Shown here: positions 40,901-55,964 of the stretch, in pieces
How positions within the stretch are numbered: the stretch's first letter is position 1
Layout of the letters: each line of letters begins with the position of its first letter
DNA from: Octopus vulgaris
Taxonomy: Eukaryota
DNA length: 64,000 nt
Assembly: GCA_951406725.2 (NCBI GenBank)
Contig: OX597821.1
Coordinates: 46,872,001 to 46,936,000 of the forward strand
Direction of reading: 5' to 3'
The notes under the pieces: generated by a model
The model's database searches: none
The model's input: only the letters and a program-made list of their open reading frames with translations
Told to the model about the DNA's origin: nothing
Position numbers and translations under genes: made by a program

Positions 40901-41829
40901 TCCGACAAATCCTACTTTGAATTCCTTCAAGCGTCGGTATATATTTTGTATTTAGTTACATGTCTTTACGTTCTGGATTCAAATTCCTCTTGGGTTTGAA
41001 AAAATATTTAATTCTTTGTTTTACGTCCTCCTGAGATCAATATGAAATATTCCTCAACCAGCCCTAGGATTCGATTTTAATCTATTCCTTGTTTCTCTGT
41101 CTAACAAAATTCCTGGTGTTTGTAATTATCTTAGGAAGCAGAAACTATTTTATACGACATAGCGAAACCTTTACATGTAAAAGACTGGACCAAAGAGGGA
41201 CCTTCACATAATTGCATGACAGGCTAGTAAAAACAGTGAACATTACCTCATATGGTGCTTTGCTGGGTCACATTAGAGAATTTAATTGTAGATCCATCGT
41301 GTTTGAGAAGCATGAACAGAAGAAAGATATGTCTTGAATGCTTTAGCTATAGATCTGCTCGATTATGGTTGGCCTTCGGTGAACCAACAACAACATTTTT
41401 GTAAAGGTGGGAATTACAGCGGAGATCAACGACCTTATAATTATTTTACCAACGATGAACAACGGGTGAATGTCACAGCGAACCATAAATAATAATACGG
41501 ACAATAAAATATGTAGTAATCAGTAAATAAGACAAGAAACTATAAGATTTTTATAGTGCCAAGGTTTCCTGGAAATATAATTTTAATGGCATTTTACCAA
41601 TTCCAATATTTTACTAGCACAAACGCCAGAGGGAAAGGGAGAGAGAGAGAAGAGAGAAACGGGAGAGAAAGTGGGGTAGGTGACCGAGATAAATATGGTA
41701 TTGACAAAGTGCATAAGAGAAAGAAACAGAAGGAAGGGAGAAACTATGTAAAATTGATCGAAGAGAAACAAGATGAAAGAAAAATGAGCTAAAAAACAAA
41801 CAGGAGTGGTAAATAGATCTATAAGTCGA

Positions 41830-42360
<531 letters not shown>

Positions 42361-42543
42361 TATATATATATATCTACTTACCTATCCTATATGTACATAT
42401 ATATATATGTGTACATATATAAACGTGCAAGTATATCAAGGCATGTTTTTATGCGAGTGTATATGTGTATACACACACACACACACATATATATATTTAT
42501 GTTTGTATGTATATATAGATATATATATATATGCATGTATATA

Positions 42544-42581
<38 letters not shown>

Positions 42582-42749
42582 TGAAACGATATCGATTAAT
42601 TTATTCAATTTTCTATAGGTCTATTATCTGTCTATATATAACTATGTCTGTCATAGCTAACACTCTATTGATGAAGGAAAGAGAGAATATACCAGAACAT
42701 AAAAAAGAGGAGAAATAACGAAGAGAGACCTTTCTGTGCGTTTGTGTGT

Positions 42750-42822
<73 letters not shown>

Positions 42823-43193
42823 ACAAAAATGGAGAGGAAAAGATGGAAAAGACGGAGAGAAAAAGAAAGTGAGAGAGAAAGCGAAAGTGGTGGAATGACC
42901 GAGAAAAATATAGTGGTTATAAAGCGAAAGGAAGAAAAATAGAGAGAGAAAAACACTTGGAATTCAAATTCAGTCCATTTCGGCGAAATGTTATATGATT
43001 CAATTTGATCGATACGACAGTTTAAAAATAACTTTTGACTTACAGATTGCACCAACAGGCTGTAGTTATATGCAATCTAGTAGCAATCTATTTGGTCTGT
43101 GTTTTCTAAGATGGCGGAATAACTGACAGATTATTGGACGCATGACAACTCTTTACAAAGCGGGTAACTAATAACTAGAATCGTGTGAGCGAC

Positions 43194-43240
<47 letters not shown>

Positions 43241-43863
43241 CACAGAGACAGAGAAAGAGACAGAGAGAGAGAGTATATTTGTGTTTGTGTGTGCAGTTAG
43301 CAGGTTTTTCAGTTACACACAAAAAGATAGATTGTATAAAAGAAGCAAGGAAAGGTTGCAAAACATACTAAAGAATGATAACAGACACAATTTACTCTTT
43401 GTATCGTAACAAAGAGTGCAACTGGAGAAAATCATAACGTAGCTAATGATAGTATATTGACTAAACGTAAGGTTTATCAATGCAATACTGGTAGATACCA
43501 CATCTAGTATTGAAATAACTGAGATTTAAAAAAAAAAATCTCCTGAATAATTATCCATTTGTAAATAGAATTGTGAGATTTGTGTCACAGGCAACATATC
43601 AAATACACAGAAAGAAATGTGGGCTACTGTGTATGATAACAAGAAAGATCATGTGTTAACCTCTCTGAAACTTGCAAACGAAAGACAATTTCGAGTATAG
43701 ATGAATCTTTCAGCGAGCTCTTCAACACATCTACATAAAAGAAACCTACATCTATGTCTTACCAATATGTACTTGATATGTGATTCATTCTATAGACGCA
43801 AAATCGATATCTTTAATACAAATTTCCGCAATGTAACACTGACATACACACACACACACACAC

Positions 43864-43928
<65 letters not shown>

Positions 43929-43941
43929 TTATATATATTTA

Positions 43942-44056
43942 TACGAAGGGTTTCTGAGAAGTTCCTGGCTCTGGGTAAAACAAAAATACAGGAGGATCAG
44001 TTAATTATGATTTTATTCAATATATTTCTCTCAGATTCACACACTTATAGTAACAG
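43942..44056 (+). mobile_element. Mariner-like transposon left end fragment
   Basis: tacgaagggtttctgagaagtt...gattttattcaatatatttctctcagattcacacactt resembles mariner (Hsmar2-type) TA-CGAGGGG TIR plus subterminal sequence. Confidence 0.5.
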
Positions 44057-44174
44057 TGAACATGCCAGGAACTTCTCCCCACTCCTCTCCCATGTATGTA
44101 TATATAATCACAATCACAAAATCGAATGCACACATGGTATGGATTTTGCCTGTCGGTCAACAGGCTACTATTTA

Positions 44175-44625
44175 TAGGCGAGACCGCGTCTACCTAAAGC
44201 GAAAACAATACGGCAGAGGCTTAGCAGCGATCCAAAATACCTTTGAATGTCTTATCATATCTCTTCGGCAACATCTTTTAATCACCAAGTATCGAAATGC
44301 ATCCCTTCACCAAGTTTGCATACTGAGGCTGTTGTGAAAATCAGCAGCCAAGCGGATGCTGACGTAAAACTGAAGATCAATGAAAAAGACAATACCTACG
44401 CTGGACTATTGAGGAATCTGCAGTTTCTCTATCCAGATTACAAGTTCAGGTTTATACCTGTTATTTTTGGGGCACTGGGATATGTAACACACTGCCTAGA
44501 TACTAATCTTGAGAAATTAGACTTCTCAATACCAGAAAGGAGAAAGCTGATTCGATAACTACAGATCCAAGTAATCACTGAAACTGAAAAGTCTGTAAAA
44601 CTTAACAAAAGTTCATCCTTTAAAT
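44175..44625 (+). mobile_element. Second RLE-type (R4/Dong-like) retrotransposon 3' fragment with internal deletion
   Basis: RDRVYLKRKQYGRGL is joined almost directly to VVKISSQAD.DVKLKINEKDNTY..LLRNLQFLYPDYKFRFIPVIFGALG (RLE C-terminus). Confidence 0.75.
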
Positions 44626-44768
44626 AGATATAAGCATGTTGAGATATGCAGCTATATGCATGAGAATACATACATAAAACAAAACATACAAACCGGCATG
44701 TATTCATACATACACACACACATATATATACATACATAAATGCATGCATACATACATACATACATACA

Positions 44769-44800
<32 letters not shown>

Positions 44801-44822
44801 GACACTGTCTCTCTCTCTCCCC

Positions 44823-44855
<33 letters not shown>

Positions 44856-44856
44856 G

Positions 44857-44905
<49 letters not shown>

Positions 44906-47900
44906 AGGTATGCATGTATGTATGTATTATATCTGCTTACTTGTAAACATAAAACATTGGCTCACGCGAAATTCTCATTTGTATTGTAAGGATAAAGTAT
45001 ACAAAAATGTTTGATTATAAAAATCCATAAACAATTCAGCACACGTTTGGTGGATATTATTAGAAATGACTTCGCCTCGATGTTATCAAAGATTGTAGTT
45101 TACTTTCCTTTATATTGTATTAATCTGGCCCATCGCTTCCCAAGAAGTGGCAAGTTTTTCACTAAAGTTCCTCCTTGGTGCAATATTGAAACGGGAGTGC
45201 CAAATTGCTAACTGGAAAGAAATCATTTGAATGCTAACGAAATGTGTGGTTCTATCGATATTCTATGTATATACTCGTGTAGTTATATATACCTTCTACG
45301 TATGTACTCATGTACTTGATTCCCTCAGAAATCATATTTTTTGTGATTTAGCGTCCTGCCGTACTTCTTGATGAAGAGGTATTGTTGAAATAGTTGATTA
45401 ACTCTACTAGAGTTAATTCCTAGCTTAGCTTAATATCACCGTCATCTGGCTGCTGAGGGTTATTAGACACCCAGAGGATCACCCTGTTTCAAAAGACTTT
45501 CGAGGCTGCGGATGACTTTCCTCCCCTTCCCCCACCCGCCTGGATGACCGTGAAAACTATCATGACCGCTGTCCTTCCGCATTTGAGGAAACAATCGGAA
45601 ATTTTAGAATATATAACTGATACTTATTTGTTATGAGGCGAAAAGTAATGTTGATATTTACGAAATTAGAAACCAGAATACATAGACATATTCAACCATT
45701 ATGTACCAGTTTCTTACATACGTATATGTATGTCTTTCATGGAGAGAATATGCGACGATGTAGGTTTCAAGTATTTTTCATACGAATTCCTGTTGAAAGT
45801 GATGCAGAGGAGAGGGAACCACAAATCAAAACCAATTGATTGAGTCAAATCACCTAACATTCAGGAATTCTCTCACTTGAAACTACACTATGAAGTAAAA
45901 ATATAGATTTCCGTTGGTTTATTATAAGCCTGATTTTTGTAAAGGAGACGTACAAATAATTTTTTTTTATGGTTATCTTTTAAGCCTTTACTGGTTTCAA
46001 CCACTGGACTGTGAAAATGCTGTGGAAACATTGGCAACACCAAGTAGTTTCATATGTAATTTAAATGGCTTAGTACAAATACGTGTTTTACCAATATTGC
46101 ATGAATAGGTGCTAAGTAGAATTCACTGGGGATGTAACTAAAATTAGTGAAAAAAAAACCAAAAAGAAAGAAGATTTTTTTCCATTGCGAACAGTTTCTA
46201 GCGTTTTGAAGCTTTATGCAATGCTATCAAATAAAAGGGATGGATTCATGTACAAGATGTGAAGCCGGCAGTTTAATATGCTAAGCAAAAAGACACAAAT
46301 TCTTCTACAAGCTCAATAAGAAATAGTTTTGCTGGAAGTCTATTATAAGCTCAATAGCTAATGACAACCTCATTAATCTTGAATTTATAGCGCATTTATA
46401 ATCGAATTTATCAGAAAATGGTAACGAACACAATATTTCAAAAAAGAATAAAAATAAACGGCACTTTTAAATTGAGTGTGAAGCTAATGATAAGCTTCTG
46501 GCGTGTATGATCTGAGATGTTGCTACGATTCCAAGTTAAGACTATTTCAGTTCATTCCTGTGGTGAACACTCCTGGAAAAAGAAATCAAATTTAATTTTA
46601 TGTTGACGTTTACGGGTGTTGACAATGAGACAAGCGACTGGAAAACTGACAGTGTGAAGTAGTTTTAAGTCATTTAACTTAATGTACGCTGCTAATGTTT
46701 TGAAAAGTACATGAATGATTGTCACAACAGCTCGTCTCCCCTCATATAGCATTATGTCTTGTCAAATAAAAGCAGTACTTGCTTTCTTAATGGCCTGTGC
46801 AATTGTACAACGCAGCGTAATTTCAGTTCTCATCTCATATTACTGGTCTGAACCACCAAAGATTTGAGAAAACACGTGAACGATGCACTTTGAGTTAATT
46901 CTATTCCTATGCTATAAGGACGAATTTACAAATAGATGTGAGGACGATGAACGTATAACTAACAGAGAGATTTTGGGTTCGTAACTTATAGCGTATTATA
47001 CCCAAAGCCTAGACACTTAGCTCTCAACAGACGAATTCACCTCATCATAGTTGCTTCATCTGCTGAAAACAGCAGCCATATTTCTTTCGAATTACACCTA
47101 CTCTCTGGTAAATGGAAACAGCCATTGGATAAGGTGAGCGTCAATTCACTTTAGTTGCAAATAAGATGCGATGGTCATATTTGGATTGTCTTTGATCATA
47201 ATTCTACTGTATTAGCGATGGCTTGGGATTAAATGACATTCCCATATTAACATTCATCTCCCTATGCATTGTCAGCTCTGGAACTGACGAGGTTTCAGAC
47301 TTGCTGTGATTAATTCAGTTCTTTTCATACCAAAGTATCTGAAAAAACGACCGTATTTACCTGAGCAGAATTCGTCATTGAAACACTTCATGAACTTTTA
47401 ACAGTAGACACGAATGAAAGTAAGACGAAAACGAAATGATTAGCTTTTTATGTAATATATCATAAGGAAATACTTCTAAACAGAAAGAAATCAATTGTCG
47501 ATATAACAAAAAGTTTTTTAAAAATTTCGTGAATGGACTTACATATATATTCCATTTTCAAGACTAGTGTCTTTAATATTGTCGTGTTGTTTTTAACAAC
47601 TTTATTGAAAATATAGAGGAAGTTTGAAAAATTAAATAAAACAGTTTTATTTGAATTGAAGCTGCTAAGTTAACAAGTTTACAACCAAATCACACGGCAA
47701 TAAAGAACAATAATTCACGAAAGTTTCATTCATATTAAATGTTACGAAAGATTTTCTGATTATTTTTACCTCCTTTCGTTTCATTTCCATTAGCCAACTA
47801 AGTAGAGACAACTATTTCCCCAGAAAACCTAGTAACTATCTCCCACTGATAGGTGTAGGGAAGCAATATACAGTGTGTTTCCTGCTCAGATACAGAACTC

Positions 47901-48681
47901 TAGGAATACTTGCAAATATTTTGAACTCATAAATCCCAAACTGAGAGTATTCTAGAATTATTTTCTTCAGCAACTCACAAATAACTTTTATTCCTTCATT
48001 TGTCCTTGAACGAATGCGTCAAACAAATCTAAAATTTAGTTAATTTCTCCCATTCGTGATACTTGCAAGGTAGAGTTCCTTCTTTCTTTTAAATGCCATA
48101 ATTTCACTCTCCCAGAGTAAAATCGGTTTTGAAATGTCTCACAGCTTCAGATAATGTGTTTTTAAGTGGTTCTTTATCCAGTTACGTTTGAAATTACTTA
48201 CTTGTCTGTTCAAGCGATTAGTGAAAAATTAATTGAGATTCTTGAAGTGATTTATCAAATTTCAACCGAATAAAAATGTGATAGCTTTTCTCACGGTATT
48301 TGCTGTATGATATTGACGGAAGCACTATAGCAAATTCCATGTCACAGTGGGTGGCGTGTTACAAAAATTGTTTGTTTTGTTCCATTAGAATGAACATTAT
48401 GTCACAGAAGGTGTCATGTTACAAGTATTTCGTGTGTGATATAAGCACGATGGATGCTGTGTTGCATTTTTTGCTGTATCATATTAGAGCAATAACCGTA
48501 ATAAACACTATATCACTTGGGCACCATGTTACATATGATGGCTCTATCGTATGAGAAGGTATGTAAGGAATACCATCTCAGAGCGGACGAGTACCGTTAC
48601 GAATACCGTAACGAGAGAAATGTCGCATGGAATTCCGTATTATTACAAGTTACTTTTGCTAATATATAAGTGCCCAGAAGT

Positions 48682-48896
48682 AAGGCAGTGAGCTGGCAAA
48701 ATCGATAGCAGGCTGGGTTAAATGCTTAGCAACCTTTCGTTCGACTTAACGTTCGGAGTTCAAATTTCGCCGAGGTCGACTTTGTCTTTTATCTCTTGGG
48801 GTCAATAAAATAAGTGTCAGATGAGCACTGGGATGGCTGTAATCGACTCGCCCCACCCACCGAAATTGCTGGTTTGTGCCAGAATTTAAAACCAAT
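48682..48896 (+). mobile_element. SINE family B
   Basis: aaggcagtgagctggcaaaatcgatagc...gagttcaaatttcgccgaggtcgac...gtgccagaatttaaaacc. Confidence 0.8.
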
Positions 48897-49621
48897 ATGT
48901 AGCTGTCCAAAACGGATACATGTATTTTTAGATTCTAAATACCTTCGTGTGTTAATCACGGACACGAATATAATGATTAATCTTCTACTCATATTTCACT
49001 ATTCTATGATAAGTATAGTTCATATACTGCATGACATATCAGCACTATATATCGTGTTTTGCTTTTACTGGTTTCAGTTAATCGAATGCGGTCATGCAGG
49101 GGTACAGTGTTTATAATAAAACACTTCTCGTAGGAATACTGTATGACACAGTATTTCTATTTGCATGCTGTTTCTTTGAATTTAAGTCTAGTATTATTAG
49201 CGTTCCTCGGTGTTCTGGTATGTAGTATCGTACAGAATTCCTCGTCAGTTTGGCATGTTATTTCATAAGATTCCTTAGCAGCTTAAGAGAAGAAAACTAT
49301 CAAGAGCTATGAAATATTTGTCTAATTTGAGTACAGCTGAGATAAATATATATATAAGTTCAAGTCATGAGATAACGGGGGAAGGGGCTTTAGGTATTCA
49401 TTCAACCTGCTACAAACAACAGCCAAATCTCCTCCAAATTATATGCTATCATTTTAAATATATGAAATAAAGGGTGCACTAGATTGAAAACATCGCGAGA
49501 TCAGGATAGAAAACTTACTCTGTTGTGCACAGAAAATCGCAAATAATTCTGTGTGTTTAAGAGAAAGTGAGAGGAGAGGAGGAAGTTGCAGAGCGGATGG
49601 AAGAAAGGAAGAAAGAAACGA

Positions 49622-49815
49622 ACCAAAAGAGACGGAAATAAGAGAGAGAGAGAGTGAGAGAGAAAAGAGAGAGAGAGTGAGAGAAGAAAGAGAGCGAAAG
49701 AAGAGAGAGTGAGAGAAGAAAGAGTGAGAGAAGAAAGAGTGAGAGAAGAGAGAGAGAGAGAGTGAGAAAGAGAGAGAGAGTGAGTGAAGAGAGAGAGTGA
49801 GAGAAGAGAGAGATA
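49622..49815. repeat. GA-rich minisatellite (gagtgagagaagaaa units)
   Basis: Seen directly. Confidence 0.85.
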
Positions 49816-50982
49816 GATAGTGAAAGTATGATGACAATGTATCAATAAAGTATATGTAGTGAAATGTTGTTATTTTACAAAAATGAATAAAACCACACAA
49901 TAAAATTAGACAATGGAGTAGATATTATTGTTAAGAAATAGTTAATATGTCTCTGTCAGAATATAATCTTTCAACTCTCTCAGATAAAATATCTCTCTAA
50001 AAATATGAAAATAAAAATTAATAGGAAGCCGGTTTATAACGTATGATTAAAATAACTATAAGTTTTAAGCGAAGGGAGAATATTGCAGATTTGGTGCCAG
50101 CACGAACATAATATTACAATAAGGCACAATGCCAAAGAGACAGATTTAGAGTCAATTCACAACATCCAAAGCAAAACAACTGACTTTTACTGATCTTGTA
50201 GAAATAATTTAGCCTTCGCTTCCATTTGATGAACTTGCAATATCAATTACATGATAAATGTTGCTAAATGTAGAGATTGGAGCTTGTGTTAAACGGTATA
50301 AGATTCCGTTTTTAAGAAAATAACTTCTCTGTTTTATGAGAAGAGTGGGATAATATAAATAGTTTGGGAAAGTGCGTTGTTTGACCCCCTTAGGTGAGTA
50401 TCTGTTGTCATATAGGTTGGTGAACTAAATTCCTGTCGTCTACTGGGAATTAAAAAATATTTATATATTTATATACTAATAAGCACCAGAGCCAGAAGTC
50501 GATGACGCTACCAGAACCACACAACGAACCACTCATAACACTTTGCCATTGACAGAGACAAGTTATTTGACAAAAAGCAATTTTTTTTACTGATTTATCT
50601 CACAAATGAGAGAAAAATGTTTGGAATTTCTTCGGCTAATAAAACAAAATATGTAATTTTCTTTTTGTCAATGTATATTTTTGTTAATGTATCCAAACCT
50701 GCGTGACAGTAAAATTTAAAATCTTAATTAAAAGTTTTCAACTTACGCATCTCTTTATCCGTCTCTAAGTAGCTTAAAGTAACTTTATACTTCGTACATA
50801 CATATGTGTAAAGTACTGACTTCAAAATGGACATCAAACATTACTATCCTAATTCTTGATACCATTTTAAAGTGAAAATTAAATGTAGTTTTATTAAATG
50901 ACCTCATTTTAGAAATTGCACTAGCCTATGTATATTAACGATATTAAGCATAATATATGATGTACGTGAACATACTTGGATA

Positions 50983-51362
50983 TCTTTATATATAAAAGTG
51001 AGGTTGTGTGCTGTCTGTCTCCTACGATTTAGATTCCTAACTACTCCCACATTTTGCGGTGCAGTTTAACCAAAACCGGGTATCTTATAGTCGTGATTCA
51101 TATCGAGCCCTTCTGGGTATTAGCGCGCGTCTACGATGAGTCTACGATTTAAAAAAAAATTACCATCAATTTTTCCCATGCATTTTTGGCATATATAAGG
51201 GAAGTAACTCTCTAAAAATTCATTATTAAATCTCAGAACGTAAAAAGCTACAGTAACACCCCCCTCCTTTGTAGTTAACCATATTGAGATGGGTATTATA
51301 CTTTACATACTTATATAGATATTTCCCTTACAAACCCGAGCAACGCCGGGCGATACTGCTAG
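50983..51362 (+). mobile_element. Complete non-autonomous Helitron (380 bp)
   Basis: A|TCtttatatataaaagtgagg start; 3' hairpin cccgagc-aac-gccggg followed by CTAG|T. Inserted between A and T with no TSD. Confidence 0.85.
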
Positions 51363-52414
51363 TTTTAAGTATAAAACATTAAAACATATTCCATTATTTC
51401 GTGTACTAAATATGTTATATTTATATCAAAAATGCTCTGTTAAACATAGTGTTCCTAGTATGCTCATGATCGTGAGGTTTTGAGTTAGATTCCTGAACCG
51501 CTCCACACTACTCATCGGAAAATGAGTATCCGTCTTGTTCTACTGCAGCCCTTTGTCTTTCCAGCTGTCAATCCTCGATGTCGCACTGCGTCAAGGAGTA
51601 GCAGAGATTTTCTATATTTACTGGTGACTGTGTAGACAGACACCTAACAGCCACACTCGCTGGCAAATGACGTCGAAAGTTTTTCACGTAGTATGTTCTC
51701 ATTTCTGTTTTATATAAGATAAACATATATACTATAAACCAATTACAACGAAATCTAGTTGTATTACTAATCATAACATACAGGTAGCTCGCTTTTGAAT
51801 GGCTAAATACAATTATTACATATATTATATCGGAATTAGGAGGAAACCGCTGCCTGATCTCTTCACATGATGTATTAGTGATCTATCAAAAAAAAAAAAG
51901 CAAAAACAAAAAAAAACAAAACAATAGAGCGTGGGTTGTAAATAGATAAATATACGAAATCGTAACAATGAATATTATTAGTCTCGCTGCGAAATTAAGT
52001 CAACAAGGGTCTTTTCAGCATCAGGGGAAGAGAAATGAAAAATGACCATTGCTACTTAATAATTCATCCAGGTTTGTTCACCTCCCCTTGTCATCTGCAG
52101 TTGGTTTTAATTGACGGATGTTGTTTTATAAAGCTTTGTAACTGATGGATGTGACAACTCGTCATTATAATTTACACTAAATTGTATGGAATTCTAAATT
52201 TCTCTTTTAACATGGAATTAATAAATCGATAATCAGTCGTTATGTAACTTAGCTTCATCAGCGACATCAGTTTTGCAACCCATTCACAATGATTATTGAT
52301 AGTTTTATTAAATAAATTTACATTTTTATTAATTCAAAATGTGGAAAACTGATGCAAGAAAACTTTGCTGTGATGTCTAAAATTTGAAATATAATAATAA
52401 TGTTGGTATATTGA

Positions 52415-52585
52415 AGGGTGGTGGATGACAGAATCAGTGGGGCATTGGAATAAAATTTGTGCTGATATTCAAATTCCCTTTCATTCTCAGTTCAAATCTC
52501 GCTGAGGTTCACTTTGTCTTTCGGGGTAGTAGAAATAAGTACTTGTTATATATAACAACGTTGACCGACTCTGAACCCCCTCACC
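52415..52585 (+). mobile_element. SINE family B, old
   Basis: cagttcaaatctcgctgaggttcactttgtctttcgggg...aataagtac. Similar old copies lie near 6300, 8570(-), 40960 and 55780. Confidence 0.5.
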
Positions 52586-52779
52586 ATCTTAAAGAGCAAA
52601 TATTTTGTAATTAAATTTTATCTTTCCACAGTAGATTATCTTTGAACTTATTTTCCACGTGTCCAAAATGTCATTTCTCGCTGATATATAAAACTAATCT
52701 CTACTTTCCTTCGTCTCTTCCTAAGTGATTATATATTAGACAATCGTGAAGTAACTGTTATATTTATAAATATATGTGT

Positions 52780-52856
<77 letters not shown>

Positions 52857-53179
52857 TATGTGAGTATGTGTGTGTGCACATGCGTTTATGTATATGTGTG
52901 TATGTATATTTATATATATATATATATATAAATATACTCCACACACCACGCACGTGTATATATACACACATTATTGTCTATGCATGTAAATATATAAGTA
53001 TACAGGGCCAGTGAAATACTGGATTACAGTCAAACAGACATTCATTCATTCATTGAATGCATAAGTACTTAGCATGCCATTGATATTCTTACACTGATAC
53101 TTATTGAGAGCGAAGGTCTTATGAACAAAAGAACTGGGGCAGTGGTGAATCCACGTTTCTACGCACACATACACATATA

Positions 53180-53580
53180 GGCGCAGGAGTGGCTGTGTGG
53201 TAAGTAGCTTGCTAACCAACCACATGGTTCCGTGTTCAGTCCCACTGCATGGCACCTTGGGCAAGTGTCTTCTGCTATAGCCCCGGGTCGACCAATGCCT
53301 TGTGAGTGGATTTGGTAGACGGAAACTGAAAGAAGCCTGTCGTATATATGTATATATATATATATATGTATGTGTGTGTTTGTGTGTCTGTGTTTGTCCC
53401 CCTAGCATTGCTTGACAACCGATGCTGGTGTGTTTACGTCCCCGTCACTTAGCGGTTCGGCAAAAGAGGCCGATAGAATAAGTACTGTGCTTACAAAGAA
53501 TAAGTCCCGGGGTCGATTTGCTCGACTAAAAGCGGTGCTCCAGCATAGCCGCAGTCAAATGACTGAAACAAGTAAAATGT
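53180..53580 (+). mobile_element. SINE family A, full length (tRNA head plus CORE-like domain; resembles octopus OR-type SINEs)
   Basis: A box tggctgtgtgg, B box gttcagtccc, MIR/CORE-like ggcaccttgggcaagtgtctt, internal (TA)/(TG) tract, tail gactgaaacaagtaaaa. Confidence 0.92.
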
Positions 53581-54457
53581 AAAATGTATATACATGCTAT
53601 TGTTGATAATTATTCATTAAAAAAATATAGTTTGCGTTGTTTTACTCTTTCTTTTTTGTTTTAGAAAATAGAGGAACGGCAATTGAGTCTCTCGAAATTT
53701 GGTGCGTTCGGTCTGATTTCTGCTTCAAGTCTCACTGGTTATTCAATGTTTCAATTTTGAAATGTGTTTAATCTTGTAATTAAAATTCAGCTGAAATATT
53801 TCATCCGATACATTTTCTTTTTCATCGAAAAAGAAAGAATGAAGTAGAAGATCCTTCTTTTCAGGGGTTTCATCTCAGAATGTATAAGGACCCAGTCAAC
53901 CACAAGACACGCCGTCCTTATATAACATTTTATTAATTGATTCGTAACATGCAAATGTTTATTAGTCGAGACAGCTTCTTATTACACTTTCCTAATACTT
54001 TAATCTAATGACTAGTGAATGTAAAATAAGATTAGGTTCTAGCGGGGTTTAAACGTAAAAGACATAATTTCGTGCAAAGCAATTTGTTGACTGTTTATAT
54101 ATATATATATATATATAAACGAATTTAGAAACTTATAACCGATGGGTCTTAAACTCAATATTTTCACGCTACACATTCACACGCACACACACACACACGC
54201 GCGCGCGCACGCGCACGCACACACATGTCGTTGCTATTATGGAAAAGTGTCGTAAGTCCAAAACGTTACTTTTTCAGAAAACGAAAAAATAATTTCAACA
54301 TTCCATAGCAAAACCGTTGTACAAGACTGACAATCTTTGATATCTTATTATATGAAGCAGCTGGAGATACGATTGTTCGACCCCAAAAAACGGCTATTAC
54401 AAGTAAAAATAAATATTGAAAATAATGCATTTGGCCAAATTTGGACATACGACAGTT

Positions 54458-54483
54458 TAGACGGAAACTGAAAGAAGCTTGCG

Positions 54484-54547
<64 letters not shown>

Positions 54548-54631
54548 CATATATTAAGAAGAAGGAGGCAATCAGAATTTTGGACAATTCTTTATAGCAC
54601 TTTCATCGGTTCAGTCGAACTCTTCAAGATA

Positions 54632-54684
<53 letters not shown>

Positions 54685-54884
54685 TTGTGTGTGTTTTGGC
54701 CCACACTGCGCTTGACAACCAGTGTTGGTGTGTTTATGACATCGTAATATAGCGGTTCGGCAAAAGATACTCATAGAATAAGTCCCAGGTTTAAAAAAAT
54801 GTACTATGATCGACTCATTCGATTAAATATTCTTCCCGGCGTTGCCTCATCGCGGCTACAGCCTAATGGCTGAAAACAAGTAAA

Positions 54885-54887
<3 letters not shown>
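54458..54887 (+). mobile_element. SINE family A, truncated, with expanded and interrupted internal microsatellite
   Basis: tagacggaaactgaaagaagc ... cgcttgacaaccagtgttggtgtgttta ... ctgaaaacaagtaaaaga. Confidence 0.75.
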
Positions 54888-54920
<33 letters not shown>

Positions 54921-55964
54921 ACAATGTATTCTCTCTATACTGACGATATCAAAAGTTATCTGGGTATGGCTTCTTTTGTCGTTTCAGTCATCTTCTAACA
55001 ACAATATAGCTTTGCATTCTAATTAGTAATTAGTAATCATAAATCCCGTTAATTTTTAAGTAATTGACCTACAAACAATTATAGCTAGAATGTCAATCTA
55101 CCCATATCTGATTTCGAAAATTTATTTGAGAGGATTACTATCTTATCTATTTATCTATTTATTCCTTTATTTATCTATTGATTTTGCTTTTATTCACATT
55201 GTGAAAAGGATCGTGTGTATGACCCGGAAATAATATATCAAGTGACCTGTCATTAATCAAAAGTTGACATCTTAAAATAAGCGTCCTGGTCACTTATTTT
55301 ATCTAACATTTGAGTGGAATTTTGTTTTATGGATTATGAAAAGGAAGTAAAGTTTAATGGAACTTGACAACATTCGATCTCTGAATTCTAGGCCAATAAG
55401 CCAAATAACAACCGTAGATTTGATTAAAGAAAGCTTGTATCGACAACTGTAATTGTGATGTTAGGTTAACTGATTTATAAAACTCTGAAGATATTAGATA
55501 GAGTTTTTTTTAAACTTATACTAGCTTCTAGATAGTGCTAAGACTCCCGGTAAACCCTGTAGAAAACATGGCAGTTTCAAATTACTCCTAAAGTCCAATT
55601 CAACTGTCTGACATAATTAACATGAGACAAGCGGGAAATTCACATTTTGTACCTATTAAAAGCAACAAATTCTTTTTGTGTACATGAAGAATTACATCTT
55701 TGATTGGGACTCAAAAATTTCAAAACAGGCTCTAAGCATCATAAAGGTATTTTGCTGACATTAGCAAGCAGCATCAAGACGGCGGTTAGAAATGTATCAT
55801 TGACTGACGGACAACATATGGCACTTGATCAAGTGAGTTTACATTCTGAGTTCAAATTCTACCTCGATTCACTTTGTTTCATTCTTCCCATAAGCGATAA
55901 ATATCCGTACCAGTCAAGTACTGGGTTGAATTTAATTTCTTTTTTTATTTCACACAAAAGTATA

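Noticed and set aside
46520-46600. Minus-strand splice acceptor (ttctttttccag) as a terminal exon
   Set aside because: All three frames stop within about 10 codons and there is no other support.
55552-55575. accctgtaga, a miR-10 seed-like string
   Set aside because: The match ends after 10 nt, with no mature-sequence continuation or precursor hairpin.
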